The notes under the pieces: model-generated
What the model saw: only the letters and a program-made list of their open reading frames with translations
Database searches by the model: none
Told to the model about the DNA's origin: nothing
Source: Macrostomum lignano
Lineage: Eukaryota
Direction: 5' to 3'
DNA length: 64,000 bases
Assembly: GCA_002269645.1 (NCBI GenBank)
Contig: NIVC01000572.1
Coordinates: 62,001-126,000, forward strand
Shown here: piece after piece, positions 22,714-34,700 of the stretch
Position numbering within the stretch: the stretch's first letter is position 1
How the letters are laid out: every line of letters begins with the position of its first letter
Program-made: the position numbers and the translations under genes

Positions 22714-24286
22714 TCCGGTAGTTCTATTCGTCTACTGTAAAGGGTTTAGAAGTAAAATAATTGCGCACTGAAGAGCAACATTTTAAATAACTAAATCGTT
22801 TCAAAAAACGAATTATTCAAAGTTCAAAGTTATTCAAAGAAATTCAAAGTATTCTGCTAAAATATAATGGGAAATACCTATATAAATATTTTCACCTCCA
22901 CCAGATGAACCATGCAGAGGCCTCTTACAAAAATACCCTGCCCTAATCCCACCCTGTCGGGCCTAGGCTGTCGGGTCGACCATGCTTGACCGCGTGTCAG
23001 ATGTATCTTATCTGTCTGGGCCTGGGATGCTCCTGGCAGGCTGGTCCCCTCCCTTCCCAGCACAATTGCCGGTCAAGATCAAGACACCACAGCAGACGGA
23101 CGCTCAAGTTCCTCTGGTACAGCCTAAATTTAATTTTTAAACCTCTGCGAGACAAAAGCAAACAAGAAAACAACATGCTTCATTTGATCAGAATTGTCAA
23201 TTCTGATCGAAGGGACACTGCTTTCTGAATTCGGATCATCTAAACAATAGACCAAAAATTACTTCCAGCCCGAAGGGAGTGGTGCATGCCGCAAGTACGT
23301 AAAAAGACGAGATTAAGCATGCGCCAGGACCATGCAGAATATTTTCCGCTTGAGTAAACAGCTGTTGAGTACGAACGCACAATATGTACATGTAACTTCT
23401 TTCTTAAATGGTTTGCATTTTTTTTACAAATTAGTTAGCACGCGGAATGTATCTAAATGGTCCCCAGGTCATATATATTCACACACGCAAAGCCACACGT
23501 AGGACATGGAGCTTCGCCCTAAGGAATTCAGGAAGAGAAAAATGAACTTTTTTATCTGTTGTGACCTTCAAGCAGACAGTTGCTTGCACTCTTCAATGCA
23601 CAACCACTTTAGCTCATCTTACTCAGGGGACCCAGCTGCAGTTACTATATGTACGGAATTATACTCTTATACGGACCCATCCACGCAGAGCCGGCCTAAT
23701 CTCAACCTATGCAGAACACGACCCATCTACTCAGCCAGCTTGCGGGCACGTGTCTAGCTAGCCTTGCTGAGCCTGGGTTGTAGGTACTGTAGGCCATGAA
23801 ACGATTCTATTCATGAATGCGTTGGCCTTCTCATTTCATTTAGCCGCTTTTCATTTTCTTTTCATTCAGGTCCTACAAACCAAATAGAAAATTAAGAGCT
23901 AACTTACTACAAGAGCACAATGGACGACCATTGTGCTGAGGGCGAGCATGGTAGGGTTAAGATTTGATAAGACTTTTTCTTATAGTATAATTGTCAGAGC
24001 TAGACTCGCCCAACTCGAAAGTTGATGGCGTGACTCACCCTAAGCAAACCCTTACCGCAGCGAATTTTTCTGGCGATGTAATGGCTTGTTGTTAGGGTAA
24101 AGTTGGGTTATTGCATGCAGTCTGACTGGCTCTAAACATGGATATTCGTGGCTAATTAATTGCCTTGCCTATATACGCCTCCCACACAGACACTCCAACA
24201 CTTTGCTGAAGTAGTTTTTCTCTTTATACTTTTGTTTTGTCTCTTTTAAACTGGCCGCGCCCATCTTGTGAAATGGCTGCAGTGGG

Positions 24287-24318
24287 TATAGGTATAGGTA
24301 TAGGTATAGGTATAGGTA
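24287..24318. repeat. (TAGGTA)n microsatellite
   Basis: ataggt repeated about 5 times. Confidence 0.9.
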
Positions 24319-24347
24319 GACCAGATTGCACCTTCTTAAGTTCATAG

Positions 24348-25262
24348 CTATAGACAAAGACGACTCAAGTAGAAGGACGGGAAACCTCGTTTCTTGGAAA
24401 ATTTTTGAAAGCAGGTTTTCCAAAAAGCACTTACGGAGATAGGAAGTTTTCATTTTTAAGCACAAAAGTTGTTATTGCTTTTGATAGGAGGCAGATCCAG
24501 AGTTCATCTTTTGATATGTTGTGCCTTTCTTATTGCTCTATCGATTTTCATAAAGCGTTTCGTTCAAAGAATCAGGGTTCTATGTTAATTTTTTATTCTA
24601 CGTACATTTTCTGTACCTAACAATCATAAAAAAAATGCATGGCACAGCTCCATTATTTGATTTTATGAATCTATTTTATCATCTCTGTTACAAATATTTG
24701 TTACATAGTCAGCTAAGAATGAATAAATAATCAGCGGTCCCAGTGCGTGACAACGATTGTCTGGCGAGCGCCGGTAGGCGCGAGCCATAGACAAATCGTT
24801 GTCACGTGCTGCGACCGCTGATTCTTTGCATTGTTTTTCTGTTTGACGATCCTACAGACAATGCATTGTTTGTAGTAATGAATTGTTCTGCATTAAAAAT
24901 GTGAATAATGATCGTCAAATTGCTAAACAATGATAAAATAGACTCAAAATCAAAGAGCCGAGCCGCGCCATTTTAATGGTTTTAGGCAAAAGACATGTAC
25001 AAATGTACGTAGAATAAAAATTAACATAGAACCCTGATTCTTTGAACGAAACGCTTTATGAATATCGATAGAGCAAGAAGAAAGGCACAACATATCAAAA
25101 GATGAACACTGGATCTGCCTCCTATCAAAAGCAATAACAATTTTTGCGCTGAAAAAATGAAAACTTCCTATCTCCGTAGTGTATTTTTTAGAAAAGCCTG
25201 CCTTCAAAAATTTTCCCAAGAAACGAAGTTTCCCGTCCTACTTAAGTCTTCTTTGGCTATAG
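24348..25262. mobile_element. Foldback / long-TIR non-autonomous DNA element, about 915 bp
   Basis: Inverted arms about 24348-24682 and 24930-25262, both bounded by ctatag; separate central palindrome 24730-24822. Confidence 0.85.
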
Positions 25263-27673
25263 ATTGCTTATACTGTCGATCCACCTCATCTCTTGAGTTT
25301 ACAAATCTTTTATATACTTTTAAACGTAACAGCTTAATATAGCAGTTTTCATTTTACCCAAAAATTCAAGCATCATACACTGCATCATATTCAGCCAATG
25401 ATTCCACTTTAGTCTATGGTCAAAACACCGTCTCTATAGTCTGTGAATTGAATTGGCAGAATTGAATTTAAGGCAGCAGTTAAATTCAGACAAGACATGT
25501 CCGCAGTGCAAATGGAGCTGGAGGCTTCACATACAGACGAAATTAATTTACACAGGAGTGGCGTTCCCTTGGTACTACAGAGAGGATGTCATCACGGATT
25601 CCAAGAGAGTGCAGCGTGGTTTGCTCACACACTGCACTTCCTGTCCTGCTGTTTTGCGCGCGAAAACATCTGATTTGAGCACTCACACATGTTGGTCTGA
25701 CAGTTTAGTCACAGTTATAGAAGACTTGTTTGATATATGCATCACAAAATGCTAATTGACTTTAATCACTTGATCACTTTCTGCACCAATTTTTGTTGAA
25801 TTTACAATCTGAATTCAACTGATCCAAGTCTTAAAATCGATTCTTTCCCTATACGCGGTTTTGGCCATAGAAAATTATGGGTAAAATATGATTGGCCTTG
25901 TTGAGACTTGTTTGACGCTACACAGTACGTTAATCTGCTAAATGGATGGACTACGCCACTGGACGGATATTTCAATTAACTTATGCAGCATTCAACTTGC
26001 ATTCTTAATCCATAATTTTATACTTAATACTACTAGTAGAATAATAAAAGCTCACAGGGCAGAACGCAATGCGAAGGCGACGTGCAAGATGCGAAACGCC
26101 AAATCAGTGGCGCAACCATGGAGGGGGCGGCGGCCACCGGGCACAATAAGACACTTTCATGAGCATGATGCGTGTGGTGGCGTGATAGAAGTAAAGAAAA
26201 GCTGGGTGGGTATGCGGCTTTAGAACAGAACTTTAAAAAATATTTACAACTTACTCATACTGCTTCTATCTGAACAACAGCACAATAAAAATGGCTATGA
26301 GAAGTTCACAATTTGATGAGACCACCTGGCCGAAGAAGATTCACAAAACTGGATTGCATTTGAATCTATTAGGCACTGCATGGAGCGCGCAGGAAAACTT
26401 CTTCTCGCTTGAAATTGAAAAGCTATACCTAGCTTTAGCTATCTCCATCTCATTTTGAAAGAATGCACTTTCTATAGTCCAATGCAATTCCCACCCGAAA
26501 ACTTTTATTAATACGAGAAAACAACAAAAGTAGTGATGACATAGGCCTCTCCGATTCATTTTCGATTTTTTAAAATGACACTTTTAAAAAGGCTTTCCAT
26601 GTTTTGTCCAAGTCTTACTAAAATGTAAAATACGGCGATATCCGTAAAAACGTATCTGCATGGCCACTTTGTAATTTTGCTGATGCATACCACATTCAAT
26701 AGTAATAATCTGTTTTGGATACAGATTAATGTGTCCCTCAGCCACCTTCTTTTCCCACAATCTGTCTATAAGTAAGCGCTTTGCTTGAACAATCATTCAC
26801 AGCGAGCGTGGTTTTCTTTTCTTATATAAATAGCTATTTTTGCCCCTCCGCAACTGGACGTGACGTATGACATAGAGAACACAGAGATATTCAGTGTGAC
26901 CAGTACAACACCGACAGACTGAAAAACCAGTTTTCTGGCATGGCATAGCTACCGACTCTTTGCTAACCCATAGCACAGAAGAATTAAGTTGTGTGTGGTG
27001 CGGGTCAATTGCCCGACGAGTTTGAGATGGGTGAGACGCCTGCTGGCTGTTGGTCTTTCTCCCAGCGGTGGCAGTCTTTGAGTAGCCACCTCCTGCTCTA
27101 CGTCCCGACTAACGCCTAATAGCGATCTCCTAGGCGCAGTGCAAACAAACTTGAGGCTGTCTTTTGTAGGCTGAAAGCGCTCTCACCCCTTCTGTCTACT
27201 CTGCCTCCCACCCCCCGCCTTAAATCTCTCAATGAAATCTGAGACATGCAATTGAAAGCAAGGGTTAAAATGGAAGTTTTACGAGCTAGATGCTTGAGAT
27301 TTACGCGCAGTCTCTTGAGACCGGGGCGCGGAGGGAAGGGGAGGGCGCTCCACCCACACAAGCCAGCAGTATAAAAGGCGACCTGTTGCTAATTTGGGAA
27401 ACTCCGATTTGAGAAGGACATTTTGCGAGAATAATTATTGTTGAAAATATTGATGAGCTGAGTAAGCAAGCATGCGTCATGTTAGTTCGCTGTTTTCATC
27501 CAAACTACAATCCCAGAGCCACACAAACCACTCATCACTGGTTAGTTTGAAGTTACTCTCCAAAGCAGTTGATTTCAACAGCTAAAGGACCACTTAGCTT
27601 CGAAATGCTCGGATTCACAAAAGGGGCATAGCGGGGCACCAGTCGCAGAAGCGCCACTTTGAGGGCGTCTGGA

Positions 27674-27912
27674 GGGTCGCTTTCACAAGACCGAAATTTC
27701 ATAACGCCGAAAAATACTGCACGACACTTCACAAGACCGAAACTTCACAAGACCGAAACTTCACAAGACCGAAATTTCACAACGCCGAAAATTCTGCATG
27801 GTCCTTGTTATATTAAGTTTTTAACTTTGTGGAGTTTCGGTCTTATGAGTTTCGGTATTGTAAAGTTTAGTGCTTCGACGTTGTGAAATTGCCGTCTTAT
27901 GAGGCCTCCTCC
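27674..27912. mobile_element. 239-bp MITE (MULE/hAT-like) with 16-bp subterminal repeats
   Basis: 8-bp direct repeat cgtctgga at 27666-27673 and 27913-27920; inverted ends (tcacaagaccgaaatttcataacgccgaa vs reverse complement tcataagacggcaatttcacaacgtcgaa); tandem cttcacaagaccgaaa. Confidence 0.8.
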
Positions 27913-28613
27913 CGTCTGGAACCATCGTAGGGTGTTTAGCATAACCACACAATCTTGAGGTCAGGGCGCCATCGTTGGGGCGCCAGCACCAATGTGGATT
28001 TATTTACAAAATGCAAAAAAAGTTCAAGGGATTTGTAAATTTTACATCGCCACAGTGAGCGAAATCCGTCAAAACAGACGCTCAGAACCTGACTGCTGGG
28101 GTGGGTAGTAAAAAGCATGTATCTATGACAATAAGCTGAGCAAACTGATTTCAATTTGGACGAAATAAGTGAGCTGTATCATACAAACCAAGCTTATACG
28201 AGCGTATTCCTGTCTCCCTCTCGTCCCACTCTTCTGCCACTCTCGCGTCCTGTTTTACTTTGCGTCAAAAAGCAACTTTATCATTTCGTCTAGCGTTGAT
28301 TTATACTGTATATTTCCAACGTCGCATTTATTCTTCTTAATCGTGTGAGAGCCATGCATATTATATTCAAAAGTGCGCAAGTTCGCAATAAATTTTTTGC
28401 CTCAATTGACTTCAGCTAGCTAGTTGATATCTAATGGCCATTTGCCTCGTGTTCAAGCTAAACTAGCACGTCTCCTTTCTCATTCTAAAGGTAAGCGGGC
28501 CCCAAGCCGATACGCGGAGAGATGTATGCAGGGTGCTCGCAGCCAAAGGACACAGATTTCTTGCTGCTTTGTTCGCTAAGGGGTTGCCGCGTCAGAGGTC
28601 GGGTGGTCCAGCC

Positions 28614-28654
28614 GGCCAATAGCACGAAACGGCCTCATCGTTCCACTATAAAAA
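28614..28654 (+). promoter_or_regulatory. Putative core promoter of mucin-like gene 1 (CCAAT + TATA)
   Basis: ggccaat at 28614-28620 and TATAAAAA at 28647-28654, about 145 bp upstream of ATG 28799. Confidence 0.5.
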
Positions 28655-28798
28655 ATAGTCGGCGAACTAAAAGAAATAGCAAACTAGTTCTTTTAAGAGA
28701 AGAAAAAGATTCAAAGTAGAAGGACAACGAGTATTCTAAAAACTGTCAAAAATTTTTTTAAACTTCTTGCATTGAAACCAGAAAATTTGGGAAAAAAT

Positions 28799-31700
28799 AT
28801 GTGGCGCTGCCACTACGCCCTGCATTTGCTGATTGCAGCATTACTCGTCTGCAGTGAGTTGATTAAACCATTGAAGTTTGGCTGCCAAATTTTTGATAGC
28901 TTAAGTTTAGATGCATCTTTAATACATAGGACTCTCAAAACTCGGAAACATCATTAACAACTTTGTAGAACTCTCGGCAAGCACGACTGAAATTCCAAAT
29001 CAGTCCACAACAGCTGAAGCGGTAGCTCCATCTAGTGAACCTGCCACTTCCGAAGCTCCAACTCTACCTGTCCAATCTGAGGCTCCTACTGCACCTGCTC
29101 CATCCGACACTCCGAGTGCACTTACATCGAGCGGACTTGCTCCAAGTGATGCTCCGAGTGCACCTCCATCGAGCGGACCTGCTCCAAGTGATGCTCCGAG
29201 TGCACCTCCATCAAGCGGACCTGCTCCAAGTGACGCTCCGAGTGCACCTCCATCGAGCGGAGCTGCCTCTTCTGACGCTCCGATTGCACCTCCATCGAGC
29301 GGACCTGCTCCAAGTGACGCTCCGAGTGCACCTCCATCGAGCGGACCTGCTCCAAGTGATGCTCCAAGTGCACGTCCATCGAGCGGATCTGCTCCAAGTG
29401 ACGCTCCGAGTGCACCTCCATCGAGCGGACCTGCCTCTTCTGACGCTCCGAGTGCACCTCCACCGAGCGGACCTGCTCCAAGTGACGCTCCGAGTGCACC
29501 TCCATCGAGCGGACCTGCTCCAAGTGATGCTCCGAGTGCACCTCCATCGATCGGACCTGCTCCAAGTGACGCTCCGAGTGCACCTCCATCGAGCGGACCT
29601 GCTCCATCTGACGCTCCGAGTGCGCCTCCATCGAGCGGACCTGCTCCAAGTGATGCTCCGAGTGCGCCTCCATCGAGCGGAGCTACCCCATCCGACGCTC
29701 CAACTTCTGCATTGAGCGGACCTGCCCCGTCCGATGCTCCGAGTGCACCTCCATCGAGCGGACCTGCTCCAAGTGACGCTCCGAGTGCACCTCCATCGAG
29801 CGGACCTGCTCCAAGTGATGCTCCGAGTGCACCTCCATCGATCGGACCTGCTCCAAGTGACGCTCCGAGTGCACCTCCATCGAGCGGACCGGCCCCGTCC
29901 GACGCTCCGAGTGCGCCTCCATCGAGCGGACCGGCCCCGTCCGACGCTTCGAGTGCGCCTCCATCGAGCGTACCGGCCCCGTCCGACGCTCCGAGTGCGC
30001 CTCCATCGAGCGGACCTGCTCCAAGTGACGCTCCGAGTGCACCTCCATCGAGCGGAGTTGCCCCATCCGACGCTCCAACTTCTGCATTGAGCGGACCTGC
30101 CCCGTCCGATGCTCCGAGTGCACCTCCATCGAGCGGACCTGCTACAAGTGATGCTCCGAGTGCACCTCCATCAAGCGGACCTGCTCCTTCTGATGCTCCG
30201 AGCGCGCCTCCATCGAGCGAACCTGCTCCAAGTGACGCTCCGAGTGCACCTCCATCGAGCGGAGCTGCTCCAAGTGATGCTCCGAGTGCACCTCCATCGA
30301 TCGGACCTGCTCCAAGTGACGCTCCGAGTGTGCCTCCATCGAGCGGACCGGCCCCGTCCGACGCTCCGAGTGCGCCTCCATCGAGCGGACCGGCCCCGTC
30401 CGACGCTCCGAGTGCGCCTCCATCGAGCGGACCGGCCCCGTCCGACGCTCCGAGTGCGCCTCCATCGAGCGGACCGGCCCCGTCCGACGCTCCGAGTGCG
30501 TATCCATCGAGCGGACCGGCCCCGTCCGACGCTCCGAGTGCGCCTCCATCGAGCGGACCTGCCCCGTCCGACGCTCCGAGTGCACCTCCATCGAGCGGAC
30601 CTGCTCCAAGTGACGCTCCGAGTGCACCTCCATCGAGCGGACCTGCCTCTTCCGACGCTCCGAGTGCGCCTCCATCGAGCGGACCTGCTCCAAGTGATGC
30701 TCCGAGTGCACCTCCATCGAGCGGACCTGCTCCAAGTGACGCTCCGAGTGCACCTCCATCGAGCGGACCGGCCCCGTCCCACGCTCCGAGTGCGCCTCCA
30801 TCGAGCGGAGCTGCTCCAAGTGACACTCCGAGTGCACCTCCATCGAGCGGACCTGCTCCAAGTGACGCTCCGAGTGCACCTCCATCGAGCGGACCTGCTC
30901 CAAGTGACGCTCCGAGTGCACCTCCATCGAGCGGACCTGCTCCAAGTGACGCTCCGAGTGCACCTCCATCGAGCGGAGCTGCTCCATCTGACGCTCCGAG
31001 TGCGCCTCCATCGAGCGGACCTGCTCCAAGTGATGCTCCGAGTGCACCTCCATCGAGCGGACTGGCCCCGTCCGACGCTCCGAGTGCATCTCCATCGAGC
31101 GGACCTGCCTCTTCCGACGCTCCGAGTGCGCCTCCATCGAGCGGACCTGCTCCAAGTGACGCTCCGAGTGCGCCTCCACCGAGCGGACCTGCTCTAAGTG
31201 ACGCTCCGAGTGCACCTCCATCGAGCGGACCTGCTCCAAGTGATGCTCCGAGTGCACCTCCATCGATCGGACCTGCTCCAAGTGACGCTGCGAGTGCACC
31301 TCCATCGAGCGGACCTGCTCCATCTGACGCTCCGAGTGCGCCTCCATCGAGCGGACCTGCTCCAAGTGATGCTCCGAGTGCACCTCCATCGATCGGACCT
31401 GCTCCAAGTGACGCTCCGAGTGCACCTCCATCGAGCGGACCGGCCCCGTCCGACGCTCCGAGTGCGCCTCCATCGAGCGGACCGGCCCCGTCCGACGCTC
31501 CGAGTGCGCCTCCATCGAGCGGACCGGCCCCGTCCGACGCTCCGAGTGCGCCTCCATCGAGCGGACCGGCCCCGTCCGACGCTCCGAGTGCGCCTCCATC
31601 GAGCGGACCTGCTACAAGTGATGCTCCGAGTGCACCTCCATCGAGCGGAGCTGCCCCATCCGACGCTCCAACTTCTGCATTGAGCGGACCTGCCCCGTCC

Positions 31701-34700
31701 GATGCTCCGAGTGCACCTCCATCGAGCGGACCTGCTACAAGTGATGCTCCGAGTGCACCTCCATCAAGCGGACCTGCTCCTTCTGATGCTCCGAGCGCGC
31801 CTCCATCGAGCGGACCTGCTCCAAGTGACGCTCCGAGTGCACCTCCATCGAGCGGAGCTGCTCCAAGTGATGCTCCGAGTGCACCTCCATCGATCGGACC
31901 TGCTCCAAGTGACGCTCCGAGTGCGCCTCCATCGAGCGGACCGGCCCCGTCCGACGCTCCGAGTGCGCCTCCATCGAGCGGACCGGCCCCGTCCGACGCT
32001 CCGAGTGCGCCTCAACCGAGTGGACCGGCCCCGTCCGACGCTCCGAGTGCGCCTCCATCGAGCGGACCTGCCTCTTCCGACGCTCCGAGTGCGCCTCCAT
32101 CGAGCGGACCTGCTCCAAGTGACGCTCCGAGTGCGCCTCCACCGAGCGGACCTGCTCCAAGTGACGCTCCGAGTGCACCTCCATCGAGCGGACCTGCTCC
32201 AAGTGATGCTCCGAGTGCACCTCCATCGATCGGACCTGCTCCAAGTGACGCTCCGAGTGCACCTCCATCGAGCGGACCTGCTCCATCTGACGCTCCGAGT
32301 GCGCCTCCATCGAGCGGACCTGCTCCAAGTGATGCTCCGAGTGCACCTCCATCGATCGGACCTGCTCCAAGTGACGCTCCGAGTGCACCTCCATCGAGCG
32401 GACCGGCCCCGTCCGACGCTCCGAGTGCGCCTCCATCGAGCGGACCGGCCCCGTCCGACGCTCCGAGTGCGCCTCCATCGAGCGGACCGGCCCCGTCCGA
32501 CGCTCCGAGTGCGCCTCCATCGAGCGGACCTGCTCCAAGTGACGCTCCGAGTGCACCTCCATCGAGCGGAGCTGCCCCATCCGACGCTCCAACTTCTGCA
32601 TTGAGCGGACCTGCCCCGTCCGATGCTCCGAGTGCACCTCCATCGAGCGGACCTGCTACAAGTGATGCTCCGAGTGCACCTCCATCAAGCGGACCTGCTC
32701 CTTCTGATGCTCCGAGCGCGCCTCCATCGAGCGGACCTGCTCCAAGTGACGCTCCGAGTGCACCTCCATCGAGCGGAGCTGCTCCAAGTGATGCTCCGAG
32801 TGCACCTCCATCGAGCGGACCTGCTCCAAGTGACGCTCCGAGTGCGCCTCCATCGAGCGGACCGGCCCCGTCCGACGCTCCGAGTGCGCCTCCATCGAGC
32901 GGACCGGCCCCGTCCGACGCTCCGAGTGCGCCTCCATCGAGCGGGCCGGCCCCGTCCGACGCTCCGAGTGCGCCTCCATCGAGCGGACCGGCCCCGTCCG
33001 ACGCTCCGAGTGCGCCTCCATCGAGCGGACCGGCCCCGTCCGACGCTCCGAGTGCACCTCCATCGAGCGGACCTGCCTCTTCCGACGCTCCGAGTGCACC
33101 TCCATCGAGCGGACCTGCTCCAAGTGATGCTCCGAGTGCACCTCCATCGAGCGGACCTGCTCCAAGTGATGCTCCGAGTGCACCTCCATCGAGCGGACCG
33201 GCCCCGTCCGACGCTCCGAGTGCGCCTCCATCGAGCGGAGCTGCTCCATCTGATGCTCCGAGTGCACCTCCATCGAGCAGACCTGCCCCGTCCGACGCTC
33301 CGAGTGCACCTCCATCGAGCGGACCGGCCCCGTCCGACGCTCCGAGTGCGCCTCCATCGAGCGGACCGGCCCCGTCCGACGCTCCGAGTGCGCCTCCATC
33401 GAGCGGACCGGCCCCGTCCGACGCTCCGAGTGCGCCTCCATCGAGCGGACCTGCCCCGTCCGACGCTCCAACTTCTCCATCGAGCGGAGCTGCTCCATCT
33501 GATGCTCCGAGTGCACCTTCATCGAGCGGACCTGCTCCAAGTGATGCTCCGAGTGCACCTCCATCGAGCGGACCTGCCTCTTCCGACGCTCCGAGTGCAC
33601 CTCCATCGAGCGGACCTGCTTCAAGTGACGCTCCGAGTGCGCCTCCATCGAGCGGACCTGCCCCGTCCGACGCTCCGAGTGCGCCTCCATCGAGTGGACC
33701 TGCCCCGTCCGACGCTCCGAGTGCACCTCCATCGAGCGGACCGGCCCCGTCCGACGCTCCGAGTGCACCTCCATCGAGCGGACCGGCCCCGTCCGACGCT
33801 CCGAGTGCACCTCCATCGAGCGGACCTGCTCCAAGTGACGCTCCGAGTGCGCCTCCACCGAGCGGACCTGCTCCAAGTGACGCTCCGAATGCACCTCCAT
33901 CGATCGGACCTGCTCCAAGTGACGCTCCGAGTGCACCTCCATCGAGCGGACCTGCTCCATCTGACGCTCCGAATGCACCTCCATCGAGCGGACCTGCTCC
34001 AAGTGATGCTCCGAGTGCACCTCCATCGAGCGGACCGGCCCCGTCCGACGCTCCGAGTGCATCTCCATCGAGCGGACCTGCCTCTTCCGACGCTCCGAGT
34101 GCACCTCCATCGAGCGGACCTGCTCCAAGTGATGCTCCGAGTGCACCTCCATCGAGCGGACCTGCTCCAAGTGACGCTCCGAGTGCGCCTCCACCGAGCG
34201 GACCTGCTCCAAGTGACGCTCCGAGTGCACCTCCATCGAGCGGACCTGCTTCAAGTAATGCTCCGAGTGCACCTTCATCGATCGGACCTGCTCCAAGTGA
34301 CGCTCCGAGTGCACCTCCATCGAGCGGACCGGCCCCGTCCGACGCTCCGAGTGCGCCTCCATCGAGCGGACCGGCCCCGTCCGACGCTCCGAGTGCGCCT
34401 CCATCGAGCGGACCGGCCCCGTCCGACGCTCCGAGTGCGCCTCCATCGAGCGGACCGGCCCCGTCCGACGCTCCGAGTGCGCCTCCATCGAGCGGACCTG
34501 CTCCAAGTGACGCTCCGAGTGCACCTCCATCGAGCGGAGCTGCCCCATCCGACGCTCCAACTTCTGCATTGAGCGGACCTGCCCCGTCCGATGCTCCGAG
34601 TGCACCTCCATCGAGCGGACCTGCTACAAGTGATGCTCCGAGTGCACCTCCATCAAGCGGACCTGCTCCTTCTGATGCTCCGAGCGCGCCTCCATCGAGC

